Origin: an uncultured Actinomycetes bacterium
GTDB lineage: Bacteria; Actinomycetota; Actinomycetes; S36-B12; CAIYMF01
Assembly (NCBI GenBank): GCA_963843975.1
Contig: CAWJMG010000001.1
Coordinates: 330,001-362,000 of the forward strand
Reading direction: 5' to 3'
DNA: 32,000 nucleotides
Shown here: positions 8,364-16,993 of the stretch, piece after piece
Layout: every line of letters starts with the position of its first letter
Position numbering within the stretch: position 1 is the stretch's first letter
The notes under the pieces: model-generated
Database searches by the model: none
Seen by the model: only the letters and a program-made list of their open reading frames with translations
What the model was told of the DNA's origin: nothing
Made by a program: the position numbers and the translations under genes

Positions 8364-9328
8364 GCCGCACGAAGACCGATCTCGACTCCCGCCCCTGGGC
8401 CGGACCGAACCGTCGCTACGACATCGTCAAGGAGGGCGCCATCTCCCTCGCGATCGTGTCCGTCCTCGTGGTCGCGCTGTCGCTCGTCTTCAGCTCGCCC
8501 GACGACCCCGCCCTCACGTTCAAGGGCTGGGCGGCCGACGCCCCCGACACGCTCTACATCGCGACCGTCACCGAGCTCGCGGGCTCGAGCGAGTCCGCCG
8601 GCTACGGAGCGCCGTACAACACCAACAGCGATGGCCTCACGATCGGCCCGCTCGCTCTGCAGAAGTGGGGCGGCGTCACGCACCCCGTCGACGCGGCGAA
8701 GGACCTGGTCATCGACCCGCTCTCGGCCATGCCCGAGAACGCCGATGTCACCGCGGCACTTGCTGCCTGGACCGGCGCGAGCGCCGACCAGCAGACCGCG
8801 TGGGCCGGCGACTACGAGGCCGCTCTCACCGACGAGGCCGGCGCCAACGGCGACCCGACCGCCGTCCCCGAGGGCGACTACGGCCCGGTTCCCGTTCTCG
8901 CACAGGCGCTCGTGGACGCATCGGCCTCCGGTGCGTACGACGGCGTACTGCTCTCCGGTGGACAGTTCTTCGCCACCGACAACACCAAGCAGCTGCTGTT
9001 CATGGGTGACGGCGGCTACATGGAGGACAAGGCCGTCGCCTCGAACCTCGGCGGCGACACCTGGGGAATGATGAACGAGGCGGGCAGCTGGCCCGGCCAG
9101 GTCTGGCTCGCGCCGGCATCGTTCTGGTACCAGCTCCCTGCGTTCAACGAGGAGGGCACGACGCTCGGCGACAACGCCGACGCGATCATCGCCGGGATCC
9201 TCGTGGCGCTCGTGCTGATCCTGCTGCTCGTCCCGTTCATCCCGGGCCTGCGCTCCCTGCCGAGGTGGATCCCGATCCACCGCCTGGTGTGGCGCGACTG
9301 GTACCGCGAGCACGGGCGCAAGGCGTGA
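8360..9328 (+). CDS. bitopic membrane protein with a large extracytoplasmic domain; C-terminus resembles the cytochrome b C-terminal / subunit IV segment
   Basis: ATGA overlap with the cytochrome b gene (8360..8363). 322 aa. N-terminal TM segment ISLAIVSVLVVALSLVF, then a ~230-aa Asp/Ala/Gly-rich domain. Next comes SFWYQLPAF...IIAGILVALVLILLLVPFIPGL, comparable to PEWYFFPVF...LLGVLLMAAVPAGLLTVPF of subunit IV. No CxxCH motif and no Rieske motif. Confidence 0.7.
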   Translation: MSRTKTDLDSRPWAGPNRRYDIVKEGAISLAIVSVLVVALSLVFSSPDDPALTFKGWAADAPDTLYIATVTELAGSSESAGYGAPYNTNSDGLTIGPLALQKWGGVTHPVDAAKDLVIDPLSAMPENADVTAALAAWTGASADQQTAWAGDYEAALTDEAGANGDPTAVPEGDYGPVPVLAQALVDASASGAYDGVLLSGGQFFATDNTKQLLFMGDGGYMEDKAVASNLGGDTWGMMNEAGSWPGQVWLAPASFWYQLPAFNEEGTTLGDNADAIIAGILVALVLILLLVPFIPGLRSLPRWIPIHRLVWRDWYREHGRKA

Positions 9329-9358
9329 CGGTGCCTCCCCTCGGCACCTGACCGGACG

Positions 9359-9404
9359 GACGGCCCGGACCATCCCCTGCCCCCACGGCATGGTCCGGGC
9401 CGTC
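9359..9404. terminator. perfect 15-bp hairpin between convergent genes
   Basis: gacggcccggaccat (9359..9373) and atggtccgggccgtc (9390..9404) are exact reverse complements with a 16-nt loop. Located between stops at 9328 (+) and 9417 (-). Confidence 0.5.
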
Positions 9405-9416
9405 GCACGTCCCGGG

Positions 9417-10586
9417 TCAGGCGGTGAGCTCGGCGAGGGCTCCCAGCAGGGCGGCCACGTCGTCGCGGGTGGTGTAGCGGACGACGCCGGCTCGCACCAC
9501 GCCACCCGAGGCTCGCAGGCCGAGCGCGTCGACGAGCTCGCAGGCGTAGTTGTCGCCGCTCCACACCGCGATGCGGCGCGAGGCGAGGAACTCGGCCACG
9601 GCATCGGGGTGGCGCCCGGCGACGGTGAAGACGACGGTCGGCGCGCGGTCGGGCGTGACCGAGGGCCCCACGACCGTGACGCCGCTGACCTCCGACAGGC
9701 CCTCCTGCAGCAGGGCGAGCAGGTGCGTCTCGCGCTCAGACTCCTCGGCGAGCGGCGTCTCCAGCATGAACTCGGCGGCCGAGGCGATGCCGGCGAGCAC
9801 CTCGATCTGCGGGGTGCCGGTCTCCCACCGCGGCGGGCCGTCGTAGTCGGCCGGACGCACGCGGTACGGCTCGATCTCGCGCAGCAGGTCGTTGCGCACG
9901 CACAGCGCGCCCGCGTGCGGGCCGTACCACTTGTACGGCGACGTCGAGATCGCGTCCACGCCGAGCGCCGCGGCGTCGGTCGCGAGGTGCGGCACGCGCG
10001 CGACGCCGTCGACGAGGATCCGCGCGCCGTACTGGTGCGCGATCGCCGTCGCCCGCGCGAGGTCGGGTGCATGACCCGTGAGGTTCGAGGCGCCCGAGAT
10101 CGCGACCCAGCGGGTGCGGCCGTCCTCGCACAGCTTGGCGAGCGGCTCGACGTCGAGCGTGCCGTCGACGGGGTCGATCTCGAGCATCTCCACGACCGCG
10201 CCGACGTCGCGCGCGGCGAGCAGCCAGGGCGACACGTTGGAGTCGTGGTCGAGCTGCGTGCAGACGATCCGGTCGCCCGGCTCCCAGTGCCGCGACAGGG
10301 CACGGGTGAACGCGAACATCAGGTTCGTCGTCGACGGCCCGAACACGACCTCGTCCGGTTGTACGCCGACGAGGCGCGCGACGCCCGAACGGGCCGCGTC
10401 GACGACCGTCTGGCTCTCGACGCTGGCGGCGAAGTAGCCGCCCAGGTTGGCCGGGTGCGGCGAGCGCATGTAGTCGGCGATCGCGTCCACGCAGGTGTCG
10501 ACCGGCAGGGTGCCCGCCGGCCCGTCGAAGCGGACCCACCCGTCGGAGAGTCCCGGGAAGCGCGAGCGCACGTCAGCAGAAGCCAT
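9417..10586 (-). CDS. aminotransferase class V / cysteine desulfurase-like PLP enzyme
   Basis: Starts at the internal ATG (MASADVRSRFPGL...). Motifs: FDGPAGT, TQLDHDSNVSPW, ISGASNLTG, and STSPYKWYGPH containing the PLP-binding Lys. 389 aa. Confidence 0.85.
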   Translation of the reverse strand: MASADVRSRFPGLSDGWVRFDGPAGTLPVDTCVDAIADYMRSPHPANLGGYFAASVESQTVVDAARSGVARLVGVQPDEVVFGPSTTNLMFAFTRALSRHWEPGDRIVCTQLDHDSNVSPWLLAARDVGAVVEMLEIDPVDGTLDVEPLAKLCEDGRTRWVAISGASNLTGHAPDLARATAIAHQYGARILVDGVARVPHLATDAAALGVDAISTSPYKWYGPHAGALCVRNDLLREIEPYRVRPADYDGPPRWETGTPQIEVLAGIASAAEFMLETPLAEESERETHLLALLQEGLSEVSGVTVVGPSVTPDRAPTVVFTVAGRHPDAVAEFLASRRIAVWSGDNYACELVDALGLRASGGVVRAGVVRYTTRDDVAALLGALAELTA

Positions 10587-10661
10587 GGTGCAGATCCTGC
10601 CGCATCCGCTCACTGGTAGTACGAATGCACGCCCTGCACTCCGAATCGACTACCAGAGCCG

Positions 10662-13600
10662 TCAGGCGCCCTGCTGGACCAGGGTGCGGATCGTGCGGAG
10701 CGCGACCGAGAGCGTGGCGAGGTCGAACTGCTCGAGCGACGCGATCTCGTTGAGCGTGGCCTTCGCGCGGGCGAGGCCCTCCGCCTGCTGCTCCTCCCAC
10801 TCCTGAATCCGCTCGAGCGGGTCGGTGATGCCCGTCGTCGTGATGATCACGCGGCGGGTCATGTCGCGCAGGGCGCCGTACAGGTCGGAGCGAAGGGCTG
10901 CACGGGCGAGCGCCGACCAGCGGTCGTCGCGCGGGAGGTGCGTGATGCGCGTCAGCATCCGGTCGACCTCGTAGCGCTCGGACAGCACGAAGTAGAGGCG
11001 CGCGACCTCCTGGGCGTCGGTCTCGGTCACCTGGGCGACCTCGACGACGTCGAGCAGCCCGTACGCGTCGAGCAGCGAACCGGCCTCGACGGCGAGGTCG
11101 CGCGGCGCACCGAGCGCCTCGAACTCCGCCGCGCGGGCCATGAGCCGGTCGTGCTCGACGCCGACGATGCAGCTCGGGCACGAGCGGCGTGAGGCGCGCG
11201 ACCTCGTCACGGAAGCGCGCGATCTCGGCCTCGACGTCGACCCGGCCGCCGCGCGAGGTGAGCACCCAGCGGGTGGCGCGGTCGAGCAGGCGACGCGACT
11301 CGAGGAAGAGCGCGCACTGCGCGGCAGTCGGCACCTGGTTGTCGAGCGCCTCGATGCGCGTCCAGAAGTCCGGCAGCGCGAACACCTCGCGGGCGACGGT
11401 GTAGGCGCGGGTCACCTCGACCGGTCCGGCGCCCGTCTCCTCGCCCGCGCGGTACGCGAACGTGATGCCGCCACGGTTGACCATGTCGTTCACGACGACC
11501 GTGGTGATGATCTGGCGGCGCAGCGGGTGCGTGTCGAGGATGCCGTCGTACTTCTGCGACAGCGGCGTCGGGAAGTAGCCGCGCAGCACCCGGGCGAACC
11601 ACGGCTCGTCGGCGATCGCCGTCTCGAGCAGGTCGTCGGTGAGCGTGATCTTGGCGTAGGCCAGGAGTACGGCGAACTCCGGCGACGACAGGCCCTCGCC
11701 GAGGGCGTGCCGCGCGTCGATCTCGGCGTCGGTCGGGAGGAACTCGAGCGCGCGGTCGAGCTCGCCACGCGCCTCGAGCGAGCGGATGAACCGCTGGTGC
11801 ACCGTGAGCATCGAGTGCGTCTGCACGCGGGCGTTGCCGAGCAGGATGTTCTGCTCGTAGTTGTCGCGCAGCACGAGGTGCCCGACCTCGTCGGTCATCT
11901 CCACCAGGAACGCGTTGCGCTGCTTGGGCGTGAGGTCGCCGTCGCGCATCACCTGGTCGAGCAGGATCTTGATGTTGACCTCGTGGTCGGACGTGTCGAC
12001 GCCGGCGGAGTTGTCGATCGCGTCGGTGTTGATCCGGACGCCGCGGCGCGAGGCCTCGATGCGGCCGAGCTGGGTGAAGCCCAGGTTGCCGCCCTCGCCG
12101 ACGACGCGGGCGCGCAGCGCGGAGCCGTCGACGCGGATCGCGTCGTTGCCCTTGTCGCCGACCTCCGCGTGCGTCTCCTTCGACGACTTCACGTAGGTGC
12201 CGATGCCGCCGTTCCAGAGCAGGTCGACCGGCGCCTGCAGGATCGCGCGCATGAGCTCGGCCGGCTGCAGCTTGTCGGTGCCCGCGGGCAGGCCGAGCAC
12301 CTCGGCCACCTGCGGACTCACCGGCACCGACTTCGCGGTGCGCGGGTAGATGCCGCCGCCCTCGCTGATGAGATCGGCGTCGTAGTCGGCCCAGCTCGAG
12401 CGCGGCAGCACGAAGAGGCGCTGGCGCTCGGCGAACGACGACGCGGCCTCGGGCGAGGGGTCGAGGAAGATGTGCCGGTGGTCGAACGCGGCCACGAGCC
12501 GGATGTGCTCCGAGAGCAGCATGCCGTTGCCGAACACGTCGCCGCTCATGTCGCCGACGCCGACGACGGTGAAGTCCTCGGTCTGGGTGTTGTGCCCGAG
12601 CTCGCGGAAGTGCCGCTTGACCGACTCCCACGCGCCGCGGGCGGTGATGCCCATCACCTTGTGGTCGTAGCCGGCCGAGCCGCCGGAGGCGAACGCGTCC
12701 CCGAGCCAGAAGCCGTACGAGCCGGCGACGTCGTTGGCGATGTCGCTGAAGGTGGCAGTGCCCTTGTCGGCCGCGACCACGAGGTAGGTGTCGTCGGAGT
12801 CGTGGCGCACGACGTCGGCCGGCGGGACGACGTCGCCCGCGACGAGGTTGTCGGTGACGTCGAGCAGCGCGGAGATGAAGGTGCGGTAGCAGGCGATGCC
12901 CTCGGCGAGCCAGGCGTCGCGGTCGACCGAGGGATCGGGCGAGACCTTGACGACGAAGCCGCCCTTGGCGCCGACCGGCACGATGACGGCGTTCTTCACC
13001 ATCTGCGCCTTGACGAGGCCGAGCACCTCCGTACGGAAGTCCTCGCGGCGGTCGGACCAGCGCAGGCCCCCGCGGGCGACGCGGCCGAAGCGCAGGTGCA
13101 CGCCCTCGACCCGCGGGCTGTAGACCCAGATCTCGAACTTCGGCCGCGGCGCCGGCAGGTCGGGCACCTTGGCGGGGTCGAGCTTGAAGCTGACGTAGCC
13201 CTTCGGCTCGCCCGCGGCGTCGTTCTGGAAGTAGTTGGTGCGCAGCGTCGCGAGCATGACGGCGAGGAACGAGCGCAGGATGCGGTCCTGGTCGAGGCTC
13301 GTCACGCTGTCGAGCGCGGTCTCGATCTCGGCCTGGAGCTCGGACTGCCGGACCTCGCGGTCGCCGGCGTACGCCGGGTCGAAGCGCGCCTCGAACAACG
13401 CGACGAGGAGGCGCACGATCGCGACGTTGGCTACGAGCGACTGCTCGAGGTACTCCTGGCTGAACGCGGTGCCGGTCTGGCGCAGATAGCGGGCGTAGGC
13501 GCGCAGCACCATGGCCTGGCGCCAGGTGAGCCCGGCGGACACGACGAGCGCGTTGAAGCCGTCGGCCTCGGCGCGACCGGTCCACGCGGCGTGGAACGCC

Positions 13601-15568
13601 TTCTGGAAGCGGGGCTTCAGCGTGGTGAGCTCGTAGGCCTGGCCGTCGAGCTTGAGGCCGAAGTCGTAGACCCACATCGGGGTGCCAGGGGTCTCGATGC
13701 CGTACGGACGCTCGTCGATCACCTCGACGCCCATCCGCTGCAGCACGGGCAGAACGGTCGACAGCGAGATCTCGGCGCCGCGACGGTAGATCTTGAAGCG
13801 GCGCTCGCCGGCGGCCGCGGCGTGCGGCTCGTACAGGTTGAGCGACACGGTGCCGTCGTCGGCGAGGTCCTCGAGGTGGCGGATGTCGATGACGCCGGTG
13901 CGCGCCGCGAAGTCCTCCTTGTACGCCTCGGGGAACGCGTCGCCGTACACCTTGAGCAGGCGGGCGGACTCCTCCTCGCCGACCTGGTCGACGAGCGCCG
14001 TCGCGAACTCGTCCTCCCATGAGCGGGTGGCCTGAGCGAGCCGGATCTCGAGCGAGTCGTGCTCGACGACGGGCAGCGGCCGGTCGGGCGTGGTGCGCAC
14101 GACGAAGTGCAGCCGCGCGAGCATCGACTCGGACACGCGCGCGGTGTAGTCGATGAGATCGGTGCCGAACTCCTCCTTGAGGACGTCGGCGATGCGCAGG
14201 CGTACCGCGGTCGTGTAGCGGTCGCGCGGCAGGTAGACGAGGCACGAGACGAAGCGGCCGTAGCGGTCGCGGCGCATGAACAACCGCGTCTGGCGGCGCT
14301 CCTGCATGTTGAGCACCGAGAGCGCGGTGTCGGTGAGCTCCTCGACGTCGGTCTGGAACAGCTCGTCGCGCGGGTAGGTCTCGAGGACCTGCAGCAGGTC
14401 CTTGTACGAGTGGCCGTCGGTGCGGAAGCCCGAGCGCTCGAGCACCTGCTCGACCGTGCGGCGCAGCACCGGGATCGTCATGACCGACTGCACGTATGCC
14501 GTGGAGGTGAACAGGCCGAGGAATCGGCGCTCCCCCGTGACGACGCCGTTCTCGTCGAACACCTTCACGCCGACGTAGTCGAGGTAGGTCGAGCGGTGCA
14601 CGGTGGAGCGGCTGTTGGCCTTGGTGAGCACGAGCACCTTGGGCTCGCGCGCCCGGGCGCGGACTTCGGGCGAGAGCTTGCCGAAGCCGCGGCTCGCCGG
14701 ACGGTCGGCACGCATGATGCCGAGGCCGGTGCCGGGCACGGGCTCGAGCTGCTCGCCGTCGGACGTGAGGACGTACTCGCGGTAGCCGAGGAACGTGAAG
14801 TGCTCGTCGACCAGCCAGCGCAGGAGGTCCACCGACTCCGAGGTCTCCGCCGAGTCGACGGTCACCGGCGGGCGGGCCGTGCAGCTCGGCGGCGAGCTCG
14901 TCCGCTCGCGTGATCATCCGCGGCCAGTCCTCGACGGCCTCGCGGACGTCGCGCAGCACGTTGTCGAGCTCGCGCTCGATCGAGCGGAGGTCGTTCTCGT
15001 CGGTCTCACGGTCGATCTCGACGTGCATCCACGACTCGACCGTCGCGCCCTCGGGGACGTCGGCCTCCTCGTCGTCGACCGAGACGACCTCGAGCAGCCG
15101 GCCGAGGAGGTCGCGGCGCACGACGAGCTGGGGGTGGATGACGAGGTGGATCGCACGGCCCTGGAGCTGCAGGGACGCCGTGACCGAGTCCACGAGGAAC
15201 GGCATGTCGTCGGTGACGATCTCCACGACGGAGTGGCCGGCCGACCAGCCGTTGCCCTCGACGCTCGGCGTGAACGCGTGGACGACGGCGCTGCCCTGGG
15301 GCCGGCTCTCGGCGGCCCGCCGGTGCGAGACGACTGCGCCGAGGACGTCGACCGGGTCGCGACCGACCAGGTCCTCCGGGGCCACGTGCCGGTAGTAGCG
15401 GCTGACCAGGGCGCCCAGCTCCGCGGCCTGGGCCGGGGACTGGGTGGGGGCGGTGGCGACGGCCCGGGCGACGAGGTCGGCCTTGGCCTCCTCGAGCCGC
15501 CGGGCGGCGACGACAGGGGCGACCGGCTCCGGGGCGCTCACGATCGGGGCATCGACATTGTCGGGCAC
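10662..15568 (-). pseudogene. gdh: NAD-specific glutamate dehydrogenase (large ~1630-aa GDH), reading frame interrupted twice (frameshifts or sequence errors)
   Basis: Three colinear pieces in three frames. N-terminal piece (ORF 11207..15601 frame): ...YYRHVAPEDLVGRDP...EIVTDDMPFLVDSV...DWPRMITRADELAAEL. Middle piece (ORF 10573..14865 frame): ...LLRWLVDEHFTFLGYREY...VAADKGTATFSD...GGSAGYDHK...TDAIDNSAGV...RFRDEVARLTPLVPEL. C-terminal piece (ORF 10662..11210 frame): (I)VGVEHDRLMARAAEFEALG...LTRITHLPRDDRW.... Skipping bases 14881 and 11169 gives one 1634-aa product. Likely start is GTG 15568 (gagga 7 nt upstream); the maximal ORF start is 15601. Confidence 0.9.
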
Positions 15569-15717
15569 GACGCAGTCCTCAACAGTTCTCGGCGGGCGCA
15601 CGCCGTTGTGCGACCGGCGCTCACCCTAGTCCGCGGCAGGCCGGTCCCGCCGTACGCCGGACCGTCCGATACGGCATCCTGGCCACTCCTGACCGTCCAG
15701 ACCGGAGGAACCTCCCC

Positions 15718-16215
15718 GTGGCCACGTCCCTCTCCGCCCGCATGCAGCTCCCCGCGGACCCCGCCGCCGCGTACGCCCTGCTCACCGACCCCGAGTACGT
15801 GCAGGCCGTGGGCGAGGCCACCGGCGGCCAGGACGTGACGGTCACGGTGACGCCGACGGACGACGGCGGCGCTGTCGTCGCGTCCCACCGCGTGCTGCCG
15901 GCCGAGCTTCCGTCGTACGCGAAGGCGGTCGTCGGCGACAGCCTGAAGCTGACCGAGACGCGCAGCTTCGGCCCAGCCGCCGTCGACGGGAGCCGCGACG
16001 GCAGCGCCGAAGTGACCTTCGACGGCGCCCCGGTGAAGATCACCGGCTCCCTGCGTCTCGCCGCCGCGGCCACGGGCAGCGAGCTCGCCCTCGACGCCAA
16101 GGTCTCGGCGGGCGTCCCGCTGGTGGGCGGCAAGATCGAAAGGTTCGCGGCCGAGCAGATCGAGCGGTTCATGGCCAAGGAGGAGCAGGTCGCCGGCCAT
16201 CGGCTGAACGGCTGA
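15718..16215 (+). CDS. DUF2505 / SRPBCC-superfamily protein
   Basis: GTG start with ggagg 9 nt upstream. 165 aa. Pattern ...LPADPAAAYALLTDPEYV... and ...GGKIERFAAEQIERFMAKEEQV... is typical of actinobacterial DUF2505 proteins (recognised from memory). Confidence 0.65.
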   Translation: MATSLSARMQLPADPAAAYALLTDPEYVQAVGEATGGQDVTVTVTPTDDGGAVVASHRVLPAELPSYAKAVVGDSLKLTETRSFGPAAVDGSRDGSAEVTFDGAPVKITGSLRLAAAATGSELALDAKVSAGVPLVGGKIERFAAEQIERFMAKEEQVAGHRLNG

Positions 16216-16356
16216 TACCGGTCGCCCTCCGTACACCCCAACGGGTGACGAACCGCTCCAGATTCACTCTCGGACCATACAAACGGGGGAGGTGCGGGGG
16301 TGCAACGCCCGGTTACGTTCGACGCACGGTAATCGGGGAACACAGGTGGGGGCACC

Positions 16357-16641
16357 ATGATCATCAAGCTTCGCAACACCCTTCGTCGCGCTGACGGCGC
16401 GTCCGCGGTCGAGTACGCGCTTCTCATCGCTGCCATCGCCGCCATCATCGTCGCCATCGTGTTCGTCCTCGGCGGACGCGTGAAGTCGGCCTTCTCGAAG
16501 ACCAACTCGTGCATCTCGGTCCAGGGCCAGACCAGCGCCTGCGGCGGCAGCAGCTCCAGCAATGGCGGGAACAATGGCGGAAACAACGGGGGCAACAACG
16601 GGGGCAACAACGGCGGGAACAACGGCGGGAACAACGACTGA
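16357..16641 (+). CDS. flp: Flp-family type IVb pilin with an extended Cys-loop and (NGGN)6 C-terminal tail, 94 aa
   Basis: MIIKLRNTLRRADG/ASAVEYALLIAAIAAIIVAIVFVLG carries the canonical Flp G/xxxxEY prepilin motif and hydrophobic helix. The C-terminus reads SCISVQGQTSACGGSSSSNGGNNGGNNGGNNGGNNGGNNGGNND. Confidence 0.85.
   Translation: MIIKLRNTLRRADGASAVEYALLIAAIAAIIVAIVFVLGGRVKSAFSKTNSCISVQGQTSACGGSSSSNGGNNGGNNGGNNGGNNGGNNGGNND
16561..16632 (+). repeat. six tandem 12-bp repeats (aayggnggnaac) encoding (NGGN)6
   Basis: Units: aatggcgggaac, aatggcggaaac, aacgggggcaac, aacgggggcaac, aacggcgggaac, aacggcgggaac. They lie head to tail, in frame, inside the first flp gene. Confidence 0.95.
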
Positions 16642-16718
16642 ACCCGGCACTATCGCACCGCTGACCAGCACGACGGGCCCCGCTACTGTGGGCGCCTGGC
16701 CATTCCGGAGGGACATCC

Positions 16719-16907
16719 ATGATCATCCGCATCCGCAAGACGTTGAAGCGTGACGAGGGCGCCTCGGCCGTCGAGTACGGGCTTCTCGTCGCCGCCATCG
16801 CGGCGATCATCGTGGCCATCGTGTTCGTGCTGGGCAACCGCGTGAAGTCGACGTTCAGCAAGACCAACTCCTGCATCTCGACGCAGGGTTCGACCACCGG
16901 CTGCTGA
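16719..16907 (+). CDS. flp: Flp-family type IVb pilin, 62 aa (paralog without the repeat tail)
   Basis: MIIRIRKTLKRDEG/ASAVEYGLLVAAIAAIIVAIVFVLG. The C-terminus SKTNSCISTQGSTTGC parallels the first pilin up to the second Cys. Confidence 0.85.
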   Translation: MIIRIRKTLKRDEGASAVEYGLLVAAIAAIIVAIVFVLGNRVKSTFSKTNSCISTQGSTTGC

Positions 16908-16935
16908 CCCCTCGCCCTCCGGGGCTGACGGCATA

Positions 16936-16978
16936 GGACGCCGCCGACGCGAGACACCTCTCGCCGTCGGCGGCGTCC
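16936..16978 (+). terminator. strong hairpin downstream of the second flp gene
   Basis: ggacgccgccgacg (16936..16949) pairs with cgtcggcggcgtcc (16965..16978). An inner cgaga/tctcg extension (16950..16954 with 16959..16963) surrounds a cacc loop, with one bulged C. About 19 bp in total. No U-tract, which is common in high-GC actinobacteria. Confidence 0.55.
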
Positions 16979-16993
16979 CGTCATGATGGGCGC

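Noticed and set aside
8111-10303. Very long ORFs antisense to or out of frame with the called genes. Examples: 8111..10303 (-), 11140..14022 (+), 4827..6359 (+), 19862..21748 (+), 24722..26008 (+), 3964..4728 (-), 30760..31803 (-).
   Set aside because: Their products are Arg/Ala/Pro/Gly-rich low-complexity strings with no motifs. They overlap genes that have clear family signatures. Such shadow ORFs are expected in >70% GC DNA, where stop codons are rare.
10573-10661. The middle gdh ORF appears to extend to 10573 and overlap the aminotransferase gene.
   Set aside because: This is out-of-frame read-through after the frame break at about 11169. The real C-terminus is in the 10662..11210 frame and ends at 10662.
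15621-16634. 337-aa minus-strand ORF beginning MFPPLFPPLLPPLLPPLFPPLFPPLL, which looks like a proline-rich repeat protein.
   Set aside because: The repeat is simply the reverse complement of the (NGGN)6 pilin repeat. The ORF also runs antisense through the DUF2505 gene and the flp gene, both of which have convincing signatures.
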